Shown here: piece after piece, positions 30,381-39,792 of the stretch | Position numbering within the stretch: position 1 is the stretch's first letter | Layout: every line of letters begins with the position of its first letter | Origin: a virus | Virus record (IMG/VR): IMGVR_UViG_3300028377_000004 | Coordinates: 1 to 64,000 of that record | Direction: 5' to 3' (one strand) | Length of the DNA stretch: 64,000 bases | Notes under the pieces: model-generated | The model's input: the letters and a program-made list of their open reading frames with translations, nothing else | Database searches by the model: none | Told to the model about the DNA's origin: nothing | Program-made: the position numbers and the translations under genes

Positions 30381-33323
30381 ATGAATTTTGGACAATTACA
30401 AGACTGGAATCAAAAACCAAAGGTAGAACCCTACCCTTGGATGGAAAATAAAACATTCACATTGGTTCAAGATCTGGATCATCTTACTGAGGTCGTGGAC
30501 AAAGCTATCGAGGCTAATCTCTGCGCCTTGGACTTAGAGACGGAAGGTCTGGACAATAGAATAGATCAGAATGGCAGAACCAAGCACAACATCGTTGGCT
30601 ACTGTCTCTCATTTGACGGAGAAGAAGGATTTTACGTGCCAGTAGGGCATAAAATCGTAAATAAAAACGGGGACGGCATTCCCCATCCTGCTAATATTAG
30701 AAGACTTGACGCAGGAAAAGAGATCAAGAGACTATGTGAGAACTGTGTAACCATTTATCACAATGCATGTTTTGACCATGAGTTCCTTTTTGGGTCAGGA
30801 GAAAAAACCAGTGTGGAATTTGATAGCATTGATATGTTTGAGGATACTCTGATTCTGGATTATCTTCGAGATTCAACGGATAAGAGACATGGTTTGAAAC
30901 ACCTGTCTGAACGATTTCTGGGAATGGAAATGATCGATCTCAAACAGCTATTTTTAGATAGTATTAAAGATCGAGATTTTTCAACATTGGATCCGACAGA
31001 TAGGAATACTCTCCTCTATGCAGGGTCCGATGGTATCTGTACTTACTTGCTCTACAAGTATTACTGTGAGCATGGTTATGATCACAGCAATCCCGATATG
31101 CCTTTTCCTGTACCTAACCCACAGGCTACGCCCAAGGAAACTATTGTTGGAGAGCAGGAGGCAGTATATAGAATTGAAAAAGCATTAGTACCTGCACTTA
31201 GATGGATGGAAAGGAATCGCCCTAAAGTCGATCGTAAGTACACTCAGAGCCTTATAACCGAAGTCGAGAGTATGATCGAAGGTTCCATTAAGGAGATCGA
31301 AGACTCTCTTGTCGAAGGGATTAGACAGGCCAATTCACAGGACCGCCTCTATAGAGATATACACGAACTCCGAGCTAATTATGACGTAACGAGTCCACAA
31401 CAACTGGGTGAGGCACTTACGCAGCTCAAGGCAACCAATCCCTCGTTTTCCAACGTTGAATTAGAAGTTACAGAAAAAAGTGGACAGGTCAAAACAGATG
31501 CAGCCTCTATCGAAAAATTGACAGAAGCATATGGGGATCGGTTTCCTTTCCTGGCGAAGATTAAGAAATTCCGTATTCTTCAAAAGGCACTTGGAACCTA
31601 TATCAAACCCATTCATGAAAATTCCGATGACGAGGATCATACCATTCGTTTTCGTTTTCTACCTAACCGTGTAGATACGGGAAGATTTGCAGCCTCTAAA
31701 GGACAAGCTGATCAAGGATATTCGGGGATCAACGTTCAAAGCACTCCCGCTTGCTATAATAGCGCCAAACTTAAAGTCAAGAAGATTCATTCTAGACCTC
31801 AGGGAATGGGGGATAATGACGCTTCTCTGGTAGACAGCTATTTAAACGCGGTAGAGCAGACTGATTTTTTGAAATATGTAAAAGATGGTCATTTCATTAC
31901 CGAAAATAGAACGGGGCAAGAGTTCTGCATTCGCAAATCCTGTGACGGTTGCCCTTTTGAAGCTGAATGTAAAAGAGAAGAACCCGTCAAAAAGAAATTC
32001 TACTCGGTTGAGGCAGCTGTCAGACCTGCCCTAGTCGCAAGGGAAGGACATGTTCTGGTAGCTATCGACTATAGTGGTCTTGAACTTAGGGTTGCAGCTA
32101 ACCTATCAAAAGAACCCGCATGGATTAAGGAATTCAATGAGGGAGATGGAGATCTTCACGCCCTAACTGCCCGTCTTATTTATGGCGATGACATTATGGA
32201 CCTACCTGCTTCAGAGTTCAAATTGCTTAGACAGAACGCTAAGGGTGTGAATTTCAGTGTTATTTACGGTGGCGGTGGTAATGCCATTGCAAGAGCTTCT
32301 GGCGTAGACGTGAACGAAGGTTGGGAATATCTCAACAAAATGATGAGTGGTCTGCCTGTTTTCGCTTCGTGGACAAAGAAAATCATTAGCGATGCTCACA
32401 AAAATAGAGAGGTTACTACTGCCATTGGACGAAGAATACGATTGGCAGAAATCAATTCTTCGGAAAAATGGATCCGTGCAAAACAGGAAAGGAACTCGGT
32501 CAATGGCATTGTACAGGGAACCGCTACAGGGGACCTTATTAAATATGCAATGGGAGCTGTTTACCGAACTCTTAAAGAAAGAGGTCAGTTAGACGTGTGC
32601 AGAATGATGTTGACTATTCACGATGAGCTTGTCTTTGAAATTAGGCAGGACAAACTTGATGAGTTATTACCTGTAATTGATATTTGCATGACTGAATTTG
32701 CAGATAAAATGAAATGGCCGGTCAAGCTTGATACTGACGTAGAATTTGGTAGAGACTGGTCCGTAAGACACGACTGGGGAGCTATTCACTCCATCGATCC
32801 CGAAACCGGATTGGCTAAAGCTGAGACTCCTAGATATCTAGTACCTAGTATTAAAATGTTCACAGGAATGTGGTATAAAGATGATGAGGGGAATAAAGCT
32901 ATCTGGGATGGTCAAGCCTTTGTAAATGAAAAAAACTACGAAAAAGAGGAAGTAACCATGAATCTCCAAAGCGAAGATCCTACTAAGGGAGCTGAAGGGG
33001 TAGAAAGTAGAGATGACGACACCGAAGATGATGAGGATAGTTCTAAGAAAGAAAAGGAGACGAAAAGAGACCTTCTTAATCTTCCTGTCTACACTTATAA
33101 AATTCGGGTTCCTCTAAATGGAGAAGACAACGCACTTTCTTATACTCTCAGAGTAAGAAGGATTAAGGATATTTCCATGGCCCTTGCGAAAACTGGACGT
33201 GTTAAACCCACGCACCTTCTCTGTATTGAAGATACACAGGGCAAAAAATTGATATTGCCGGAAGATCGTATTACTATAGATCCTAAAATCTTTGAGATGT
33301 TCGCTCTCTACGAAGGGATCTAA
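30381..33323 (+). CDS. polA: Family A DNA polymerase with 3'-5' exonuclease and no 5' nuclease
   Basis: ExoI DLETEG, ExoII HNACFD, ExoIII YAGSD; motif A DYSGLELR, motif B RQNAKGVNFSVIYG, motif C IHDEL. Confidence 0.95.
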   Translation: MNFGQLQDWNQKPKVEPYPWMENKTFTLVQDLDHLTEVVDKAIEANLCALDLETEGLDNRIDQNGRTKHNIVGYCLSFDGEEGFYVPVGHKIVNKNGDGIPHPANIRRLDAGKEIKRLCENCVTIYHNACFDHEFLFGSGEKTSVEFDSIDMFEDTLILDYLRDSTDKRHGLKHLSERFLGMEMIDLKQLFLDSIKDRDFSTLDPTDRNTLLYAGSDGICTYLLYKYYCEHGYDHSNPDMPFPVPNPQATPKETIVGEQEAVYRIEKALVPALRWMERNRPKVDRKYTQSLITEVESMIEGSIKEIEDSLVEGIRQANSQDRLYRDIHELRANYDVTSPQQLGEALTQLKATNPSFSNVELEVTEKSGQVKTDAASIEKLTEAYGDRFPFLAKIKKFRILQKALGTYIKPIHENSDDEDHTIRFRFLPNRVDTGRFAASKGQADQGYSGINVQSTPACYNSAKLKVKKIHSRPQGMGDNDASLVDSYLNAVEQTDFLKYVKDGHFITENRTGQEFCIRKSCDGCPFEAECKREEPVKKKFYSVEAAVRPALVAREGHVLVAIDYSGLELRVAANLSKEPAWIKEFNEGDGDLHALTARLIYGDDIMDLPASEFKLLRQNAKGVNFSVIYGGGGNAIARASGVDVNEGWEYLNKMMSGLPVFASWTKKIISDAHKNREVTTAIGRRIRLAEINSSEKWIRAKQERNSVNGIVQGTATGDLIKYAMGAVYRTLKERGQLDVCRMMLTIHDELVFEIRQDKLDELLPVIDICMTEFADKMKWPVKLDTDVEFGRDWSVRHDWGAIHSIDPETGLAKAETPRYLVPSIKMFTGMWYKDDEGNKAIWDGQAFVNEKNYEKEEVTMNLQSEDPTKGAEGVESRDDDTEDDEDSSKKEKETKRDLLNLPVYTYKIRVPLNGEDNALSYTLRVRRIKDISMALAKTGRVKPTHLLCIEDTQGKKLILPEDRITIDPKIFEMFALYEGI

Positions 33324-33364
33324 CGATAATTTATCTTTAGAAATGGTCTTTATAAGATCATTCA

Positions 33365-33403
33365 AAGCCGGATGTTCTTAGGAATGTCCGGCTTATTTAT
33401 TTT
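33365..33403 (+). terminator. Probable intrinsic terminator after polA
   Basis: AAGCCGGATGTTC-TTAG-GAATGTCCGGCTT followed by ATTTATTTT. Confidence 0.6.
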
Positions 33404-33417
33404 GAGGAATTTCCTTT

Positions 33418-34164
33418 ATGTCAAAACAAAAAGGTCAAAGAGATTTTCTAACCACTTGCATGAACTCCATGAACGTGGACGGGACTGTCCAGGACTTTCA
33501 ACAGGCGTTTTGTTCGGTATGTGTCAACCCAGAGTGTACCCGTTCTAGATGGGCGGATTCACAGTGGATTAAGAGGATGTTAGAGCAGGAAAAAGTGCTT
33601 AACAACCCTACTATTATAGACCCCTCTGGAAACTCAGAGTTTCAGAAAATAGCAAGTCAGGATTTCATTAGCATCTCAGACGAAGATATCTCATTTTATG
33701 GGGGGTGGGTAGACGTAAAAGAAAATGGAAAAGTTGTTCACCATGCAGAACCTGAAACTGAAAATAAATCGTCAAATAAGGTTGAACAAAGTCTTTCCTC
33801 CCTTAAGAAAGATACGGAACCTACTCCCGAAGAAAGCGATAGTGACCCAGAAGAAACTGAAATTCATGAGGAGATAATTGAAGAAGAAATTCCCTCACAA
33901 TTTCAACAACCACAGGAACCCAAAGATCCTAAACCTCAGAAGAAAAAAACTCGGCGCAAAAAGAATCACAAAAATACGCCCAAACCTCAAGGTGGAGTGA
34001 CGTTAGACCCTTCCAATCAATCTCCTTTTCAGCAACGAAATAGTACCGCTAATAAACCCTCTCTAGTGACCAAAGAAGATCCGTGGGCAGCGCCGAAACC
34101 CGAAAGGAAAGGAAAACTTAAAGTTCGTATTAACGACGGTAAGGTTGTTGAGGGAGAAGATTAA
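33418..34164 (+). CDS. Hypothetical protein with Cys-rich N-terminus and low-complexity P/E/K tail
   Basis: CMN...FCSVCVNPECTRS motif; disordered C-terminal half. Confidence 0.6.
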   Translation: MSKQKGQRDFLTTCMNSMNVDGTVQDFQQAFCSVCVNPECTRSRWADSQWIKRMLEQEKVLNNPTIIDPSGNSEFQKIASQDFISISDEDISFYGGWVDVKENGKVVHHAEPETENKSSNKVEQSLSSLKKDTEPTPEESDSDPEETEIHEEIIEEEIPSQFQQPQEPKDPKPQKKKTRRKKNHKNTPKPQGGVTLDPSNQSPFQQRNSTANKPSLVTKEDPWAAPKPERKGKLKVRINDGKVVEGED

Positions 34165-34165
34165 T

Positions 34166-34198
34166 TTTGTAAAATGGATAAGACCAGGGTATATAGAG
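34166..34198 (+). promoter_or_regulatory. Putative early promoter, copy 3
   Basis: TTTGTAA-AATGGATAAGA-CCAGGGTATATAGAG. Confidence 0.75.
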
Positions 34199-34242
34199 GG
34201 AAGAATGAGCACTATAACGAATTCATACCAAGGAAAGAGATC

Positions 34243-34464
34243 ATGACTACCCTCGAATTTGCAAACAAGTTTCGTGATACCCAAGAAAGAAAAGAAGTCC
34301 CTAATACAGTATTTGACTGTATTAAAGATACTCATATCAGACAGTACCATGCGGGAAAAGGCATGAGAGAGGTCCTGAGAGGGCTCCAGAGACGGAACCT
34401 TAGTCAAATGAGGCTAGGGGCTACTGTCTTACACGAAGTCTATAGGGAGACGAATCAGAACTGA
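34243..34464 (+). CDS. Small hypothetical early protein (start revised from 34174)
   Basis: The upstream ATG lies inside the promoter motif; ATG 34243 has an AAGGAAAG SD-like site; followed by a terminator. Confidence 0.6.
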   Translation: MTTLEFANKFRDTQERKEVPNTVFDCIKDTHIRQYHAGKGMREVLRGLQRRNLSQMRLGATVLHEVYRETNQN

Positions 34465-34478
34465 TTAGAACGGAAAAC

Positions 34479-34524
34479 AAAAAACCCCTCACCGATCTTT
34501 AAATAGATTAGTGAGGGGTTTTTT
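34479..34524. terminator. Bidirectional intrinsic terminator
   Basis: AAAAAACCCCTCAC...GTGAGGGGTTTTTT between convergent genes. Confidence 0.85.
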
Positions 34525-34542
34525 AATGAAGACTATGAATTT

Positions 34543-35514
34543 TTAATCCTTGTTGGGATCATCATCAAATACATCATAGAACAACTGTGAAATTTTTCCA
34601 CGCTCGTTTTTAACAAGGTCAATATGCGCAGTGTAAGGAGAATTCAAAAAGTGAGGGCTAGTTACCAATTTGTGGATACCAGTTCTATTTCGTTGAATAT
34701 TTCGATCTCTCTGTCCCAAGTCACCGGAAAGAACCAATTTCGATCCTCCCGTATCATCAAGACGAGAACCTAAGGTAAGCATCTCAAAATGATTTAGATT
34801 TTGAGCTTCGTCATACCAACATACACAATCTCTAAGAGACGCACCTCTCATTAACTCTAGAGGCATGAACTCGATGATTTTCTTGTCCATCATCGTCTTG
34901 ATATAAGCAGACCCATCCTGGCCACCTGCCATATTTTCAAATAGAATGGTATAAGATTTAAGGAAAGGACCAAATTTATCCCCCTCATCTCCAGGGACTG
35001 TACCCCAGTAACGAGATTTAGTTACAATTTCCAAGGGTTTAGAAAGGATCAATTTTTTAATCCCACCTTGACCTGTAACCTGCTCCAGAGAGTAACTACC
35101 AATAACGGTAGTTTTCCCCGTTCCCGCAGGACCCGTAATGACTAAACAACGGATCTCAGGATCGTCCAGTAAATTTTGAAGTAAAATTTGTTCTTTATTT
35201 CTACCACTGACTCCAAACCATTTTAATTTTGTGTTCGCTCTAATTATTTTGCTGGGCTCCTTTGCGACGACTGCTAATACAGACTGTTGTCCTGATTTCA
35301 AAACAAGCGGCTGATTTGGATAAATATCCATTTCTTTAGGAGTATCAATAACTCCGCTGCTATGGAGAGTATCAATCATGGAAGAAGGCACTTCATAAAC
35401 TCGAAGGGCTTTTCCGAAAGGCTTATTTTGCGAAATGTCTTTGATCAGGCTACTCAAGGTTAACCTCGTTAGGGCTGAAGGAAACGAAAAACATGAAGGG
35501 CATCTTTGCCACAC
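34543..35514 (-). CDS. phoH: PhoH-family ATPase
   Basis: ITGPAGTGKT, MRGASL, YDEAQNL, KLVLSGDLGQRD; start codon uncertain. Confidence 0.9.
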   Translation of the reverse strand: MWQRCPSCFSFPSALTRLTLSSLIKDISQNKPFGKALRVYEVPSSMIDTLHSSGVIDTPKEMDIYPNQPLVLKSGQQSVLAVVAKEPSKIIRANTKLKWFGVSGRNKEQILLQNLLDDPEIRCLVITGPAGTGKTTVIGSYSLEQVTGQGGIKKLILSKPLEIVTKSRYWGTVPGDEGDKFGPFLKSYTILFENMAGGQDGSAYIKTMMDKKIIEFMPLELMRGASLRDCVCWYDEAQNLNHFEMLTLGSRLDDTGGSKLVLSGDLGQRDRNIQRNRTGIHKLVTSPHFLNSPYTAHIDLVKNERGKISQLFYDVFDDDPNKD

Positions 35515-35622
35515 TAAATATTTATAGAAGGTTTAAAACGTAATTATTTATCTATTATCCCTGAAATTGACTCATTGCCGTTGATCGTTCTTTTAATGTG
35601 AAACTTTTTGAGGAGATCCTAA

Positions 35623-36405
35623 ATGGGCGACCTGAAAACCATACCTTTCCAATCTTTTCAAATACTGAGAGATTGGAGAAAGTCTGAAGAGGCCAATACC
35701 TATACCGACGAATGGCTTGACAAGATTTTGGTTCCTGGATTTGAGTATTATTTCAAATCCAGTAAATCCCCAGTCATTAGCGTTTTTGATCATGTAGATC
35801 CCAGTGAAAAACCCCTTTATGTGGACATCCATGTTGAACTCCGAAGTAAAGATGGGAAAATTCACCAACCCTGGCTTCTGACTTTCATTTGTCCTAAAGG
35901 TGTTCTTGAAGAGAACCAGAAGTATTCTCATAGCTCCGGTAAAATCGAAACTATTGATCTCCCTACTTTGAACACTCCTTTCCCTTATCAGGATATTCTT
36001 TGGGAGTGTGATCATTTTACCCCTGACGAAATCGTAAAAATGATGACCGCCTGGTCGGATCAGGTATGGCCGGATTTTAATCCAACTTTCCGGTATGGTT
36101 TGGCTAGCGATGAAGAATTTCAATGGATTCGCAATCTCTTTTCTCAAATAGATAAGGAAAACCTTCCCAATGATGAGGTCACATTTATAGAACAAATTTC
36201 CAACTCTGAATTATTCATCATTGGATCAAAAGAAAATCTAGGGGAGGATCTTTTAGGATGGTTAGAAGAGAAAGGATATCCCACAATTCCTACGGGAGAT
36301 GGAGATGAGATAGCTATTATGATTCCCCCCGATCTAAGGGAAATTATACTTGAGAAATGGCCCGATCTTAATTTTCGACCTGCTTTTCAGTTAGATTATG
36401 ATTAA
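35623..36405 (+). CDS. Hypothetical protein
   Basis: 260 aa with a GAGGAG SD; no motif recognised. Confidence 0.65.
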   Translation: MGDLKTIPFQSFQILRDWRKSEEANTYTDEWLDKILVPGFEYYFKSSKSPVISVFDHVDPSEKPLYVDIHVELRSKDGKIHQPWLLTFICPKGVLEENQKYSHSSGKIETIDLPTLNTPFPYQDILWECDHFTPDEIVKMMTAWSDQVWPDFNPTFRYGLASDEEFQWIRNLFSQIDKENLPNDEVTFIEQISNSELFIIGSKENLGEDLLGWLEEKGYPTIPTGDGDEIAIMIPPDLREIILEKWPDLNFRPAFQLDYD

Positions 36406-36420
36406 TATGGAGATACGCCC

Positions 36421-36951
36421 ATGATAGATGAAAAAAGAATTAAAACCCTGAGCCTCAAAAGTATTGAGGATCTGTTGCATCTTTTAGAAAATGATCCAAG
36501 TTTAGAGTTATTTGCAGCATTACACCGGCTCTGTTTACGATATTCTTCCGATCCAGATCAAGATGATGCTTCCAGTTTTTTCTTTAGGCTCTCTGTATTT
36601 GATGAGTCTTTATTGGGACCTCAATATCAAACCCAATTAGAAATACTTCGATCCGTTTCTGCTCATGCACGGATTTACGATACCTATAATTATAGAGCTA
36701 CCCAGAAAAGACTTGCAGAAAAATTTGCCAAAGATTCGGGAATGTTACAACTCCTTCAATTCCTTTCCGCATCGGGTTCAACTCGCGCTAAAGAGCTTCA
36801 AGAAAAACTAGGAACTCTTCCAGGGTTTGAACGTATTATAAAGAGGTGCCTTGACAACAAGTTGATACATGTGTATGAATCAAGTGTCTTACCTGATCTG
36901 ATCTCTATCACTCATAAAGGTCGTAGGGTATTGACCCATTTGGGAAAGTAA
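36421..36951 (+). CDS. Putative winged-helix DNA-binding protein
   Basis: C-terminal LLQFLS...RAKELQEKL...IIKRCLDNKLIHV...ISITHKGRRVL is MarR/wHTH-like. Confidence 0.5.
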   Translation: MIDEKRIKTLSLKSIEDLLHLLENDPSLELFAALHRLCLRYSSDPDQDDASSFFFRLSVFDESLLGPQYQTQLEILRSVSAHARIYDTYNYRATQKRLAEKFAKDSGMLQLLQFLSASGSTRAKELQEKLGTLPGFERIIKRCLDNKLIHVYESSVLPDLISITHKGRRVLTHLGK

Positions 36952-37034
36952 TTTGAATATTTTATCATTACTGCCCATTTCTTAGAAGAGAGGATGGTCC
37001 TCTATCAAATTTTACTCAAAGGAAAGTTGTAAAT

Positions 37035-37280
37035 ATGTCGAAAGAAGAACCTATTGAAATGACCGGAATCGTCCAACAATCTCTACCCAATGCTACCTTC
37101 CTGGTGGAGCTAGATAATGGGTTGGAGGTAATGTGTCATATTTCCGGCAAAATTAGAAAAAATAATATCCGTATTTTGATCCAAGACACGGTCACTGTCG
37201 AGATGAGTCCCTATGACTTGTCGAAAGGTAGAATCACGTATCGTGGCAAGAAAGACCAGAATAATGGCGATAACGAATGA
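37035..37280 (+). CDS. infA: Translation initiation factor IF-1
   Basis: [29 protein letters not shown]...[32 protein letters not shown]. Confidence 0.97.
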   Translation: MSKEEPIEMTGIVQQSLPNATFLVELDNGLEVMCHISGKIRKNNIRILIQDTVTVEMSPYDLSKGRITYRGKKDQNNGDNE

Positions 37281-37618
37281 AAGCCAAAATAGTGAAAACA
37301 GAACTGGATCTACTTCTACCGCAATTTGATTGGGAGATCATAGTAGACGACGCAGATTTCGTTTCGGTGAGGGGAAATGCCCCAGGTCTTCAAGTCAGGC
37401 CCGAAATTATGTGGTCGCCCAGAACTACACGCCCTGAGGATGGAGTTTATTTAGTAGGGTATGAACCTGAAGACAAAGACCCTTATCATTCAAAACATTT
37501 GGGACATGCTGCTAATCTGGACGATGCAATTGAATTGCTCAAAACGTCTTTGAGGGATCGGTTATACTATCTAAAAGATGAAATCCAAATTTGCCATGAT
37601 ATTCTTTCTCGATTGTAA
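37277..37618 (+). CDS. Hypothetical protein
   Basis: 113 aa, ATGA-coupled to infA. Confidence 0.6.
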   Translation: MKAKIVKTELDLLLPQFDWEIIVDDADFVSVRGNAPGLQVRPEIMWSPRTTRPEDGVYLVGYEPEDKDPYHSKHLGHAANLDDAIELLKTSLRDRLYYLKDEIQICHDILSRL

Positions 37619-37640
37619 TTCTGTAATGCAGTAGGTAGTA

Positions 37641-38153
37641 ATGTTTAATAAAGAAGCAATTTCAGCAACCTCCACAATGGCTGCTATAAAACCCCCCTCT
37701 GACATTATCGCGCCTTTGAAGACGCATTTTTCAGAGGATGTATGGAAAGCGGGTCCTCATGTCACTTTGGCTTATCTAGGAAAGACCAATAAAGGACAGT
37801 TCATAGATATTGCTATGTGCCTCAATAAGATAATGAAAGACCTAAGACCAATTGAATTGGGAATTGAAGGGGCAGGATGTTTTAGAGGAGAAGACTGCAA
37901 AGTTAGGTTGGCTCTGGTAAATGGAGTTGGACTAGATATTTGGGCCTTAGCAGTTAGGTCTGCTCTCAAAAAAGAAGGCTTGCTCCCGCCTATTGAACAT
38001 GGTTTCCTTCCTCACATGACGTTAGCCTATGAAGATGGTATAATGCCCGAAAATTGGGAGAAGCCTATTATTGCAGTTGACCAGAAATGGACCTGCTCTC
38101 AAATTATTTTGAGTCGGGGTCTGGAATCTAAAATGGTATATGATATCATATAA
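37641..38153 (+). CDS. 2H phosphoesterase (LigT/ThpR or Acb1-like)
   Basis: Two HxT motifs: PHVTLAY and PHMTLAY. Confidence 0.85.
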   Translation: MFNKEAISATSTMAAIKPPSDIIAPLKTHFSEDVWKAGPHVTLAYLGKTNKGQFIDIAMCLNKIMKDLRPIELGIEGAGCFRGEDCKVRLALVNGVGLDIWALAVRSALKKEGLLPPIEHGFLPHMTLAYEDGIMPENWEKPIIAVDQKWTCSQIILSRGLESKMVYDII

Positions 38154-38928
38154 CTTTCAAAGAAAGAATTTTCATCTTTGAAGGATCTTCTCTCAGGTCT
38201 ACCTCATTAAAACTCTCTACGTTCTCTTTAATACAGTGGACATAGAGAGTTTTTTCATTTGGACTCAATACAAACTGGGAAGAAGTTTTCATTTTATCGG
38301 TATGCCGTACCATATTATGAGGATTTTTCTTTTCGAAAACGGAGTCGTTGACCGCCTCTATAACGTTAGCAGCACTTTGTACTCCTTCTAATTTATCAAG
38401 TGCCAACGTCATTCTTATCTTAGAAGATAAAAGATCTTCTCCTTTCGTATATCCCGCGTCCTTATGATATATACCGTGATTGGTTCGTACATGAAGGACA
38501 TTTGGATCTAGCTCTTTTATGATGGGAGTGTGTTTAGAAGTGGTTTCTATCGCAAAAATTCCAGTAGGAGTAGCTACAAAAGTATGGCCTTTTACTCCGC
38601 CCTTAAAATTAAGAAGAGACTCGATCACTTCGTCTTTATTGTCAAACCTGAGAGCGCGAAGGATACGTGCCCCGTCCTTTGACTTTTTTCCTTTCTTCGA
38701 TTTCTTCTTTTCTTTTTCATCTCGTCCAACCATCAGCGCAGAATTTACGATACAAATTCCGGCCTCGTTCATGCCCTCAATCCATTCGGTGAGCGCATCC
38801 GCAACTACTAAACATTCCATACCTCCTAATTCCAATTTACAAGACTTCAGATGTACTTTATAATTTCGGTCCCTATTCTTTAATAAGAGTGGCCCTTTCT
38901 CTGTGGGAATGCAAGCAATAATACACAT
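38146..38928 (-). CDS. Ntn-hydrolase (C45/NRDE-like) with N-terminal Cys nucleophile (start revised from 39081)
   Basis: M-C-IIA...LLLKNRDR...EGMNEAGICIVNSAL...RTNH; AGGA SD upstream of ATG 38928; the longer ORF runs through the promoter region. Confidence 0.7.
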   Translation of the reverse strand: MCIIACIPTEKGPLLLKNRDRNYKVHLKSCKLELGGMECLVVADALTEWIEGMNEAGICIVNSALMVGRDEKEKKKSKKGKKSKDGARILRALRFDNKDEVIESLLNFKGGVKGHTFVATPTGIFAIETTSKHTPIIKELDPNVLHVRTNHGIYHKDAGYTKGEDLLSSKIRMTLALDKLEGVQSAANVIEAVNDSVFEKKNPHNMVRHTDKMKTSSQFVLSPNEKTLYVHCIKENVESFNEVDLREDPSKMKILSLKVI

Positions 38929-38983
38929 AGATAATATCCTAAGAAAGAGTGAGGTTACGCTATAATAAAAAACAAAAAGAAAA

Positions 38984-39023
38984 TTTGTAATTTCATGAAG
39001 ACCAGGGTATATAGAGTGTAAGA
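38984..39023 (+). promoter_or_regulatory. Putative early promoter, copy 4
   Basis: TTTGTAA-TTTCATGAAGA-CCAGGGTATATAGAGTGTAAGA. Confidence 0.8.
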
Positions 39024-39040
39024 TCACAAAGGAGAACCTA

Positions 39041-39274
39041 ATGATGGCCAATGATTTCGAGGAAAGAAAAGAGGAACGCAAAGAATATTTCTACCGCTAT
39101 ATCTATGGCTGGAAAGAACGGAAATGTTCCGCCTGCTCGGGTTCCGGATATTATGATAGCGGGGGAAGTCCTAAATGTGGGGCTTGCGAAGGGACAGGAA
39201 AAGAGGTATATCAAACCGAAGAAGGCAAGAAGAAGATGATCGAAATGGGATATGAACCTAAAAAAAAGGATTAG
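39041..39274 (+). CDS. Small DnaJ-type zinc-finger protein
   Basis: CSACSGSG...CGACEGTG; GGAG SD. Confidence 0.7.
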   Translation: MMANDFEERKEERKEYFYRYIYGWKERKCSACSGSGYYDSGGSPKCGACEGTGKEVYQTEEGKKKMIEMGYEPKKKD

Positions 39275-39279
39275 CCACC

Positions 39280-39729
39280 ATGTATGACCACAGAGACTAT
39301 GCCGATATCAATTTAGAACCCTATGTCGATAGTAAGGACGAAGAGCAAATGATTCTTGTTCTCAAACTAGAGGACTATGAAGACGAAGAAGGCAACTACT
39401 TTGAGGAAGCTACCCAAACTTTCCCTCTCAAGTATGAAGTCTGTCCAACCTGTGAAGGTAGGGGAAAGCACGTCAACCCAAATGTAGATCGGAATGGAAT
39501 CACCGCTTCCGAAATGCATGAGATGGGTCCTGAGTTCCAAGAGGACTATTTTTCGGGACTCTATGATGTTACCTGCTCTGGATGCTGTGGGAAAAGAGTA
39601 CTCACGGCAGTAGATGATAGACGACTGGATGAAAGTCAAAAGCATTTCCTCAAAGCAGTCAATTCTGAGATCGAAGCGGACCATGAGTTCCGAAGCGTCG
39701 AACGCGCAGAACGTCGAATGGGATACTAA
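39280..39729 (+). CDS. DnaJ-type zinc-finger protein
   Basis: CPTCEGRG...CSGCCGKRV. Confidence 0.7.
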   Translation: MYDHRDYADINLEPYVDSKDEEQMILVLKLEDYEDEEGNYFEEATQTFPLKYEVCPTCEGRGKHVNPNVDRNGITASEMHEMGPEFQEDYFSGLYDVTCSGCCGKRVLTAVDDRRLDESQKHFLKAVNSEIEADHEFRSVERAERRMGY

Positions 39730-39732
39730 TTT

Positions 39733-39770
39733 ACCATCCTCCCAAACTCTAGTTGTATTGGGAGGATGGT
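39733..39770. other. Perfect 13-bp intergenic hairpin without U-tract
   Basis: ACCATCCTCCCAA-12 nt-TTGGGAGGATGGT. Confidence 0.7.
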
Positions 39771-39792
39771 TGAGGGTTAAAAAGGAAAAGCT

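Noticed and set aside
31749-32018. PolA insertion as a mini-intein
   Set aside because: No intein block A consensus and no terminal His-Asn followed by Cys/Ser/Thr.
24317-33356. TCTTTATAAG at 24317 and 33347 as a middle/late promoter
   Set aside because: Only two exact intergenic copies, one immediately upstream of a terminator hairpin; looser matches are expected in AT-rich DNA.
34174-34242. Tracked start of the 96-aa ORF
   Set aside because: It lies within the promoter motif; ATG 34243 has the SD-like site.
35593-36195. Long antisense ORFs (also 16870-17337, 28122-28574, 55948-56352, 19667-20065 and similar)
   Set aside because: They fully shadow better-supported genes on the opposite strand or frame and carry no recognisable motifs.
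38929-39081. N-terminal 51 aa of the tracked 311-aa minus-strand ORF
   Set aside because: It runs through an intergenic promoter and overlaps 39041; the Ntn fold requires Cys at the N-terminus and ATG 38928 has an SD.
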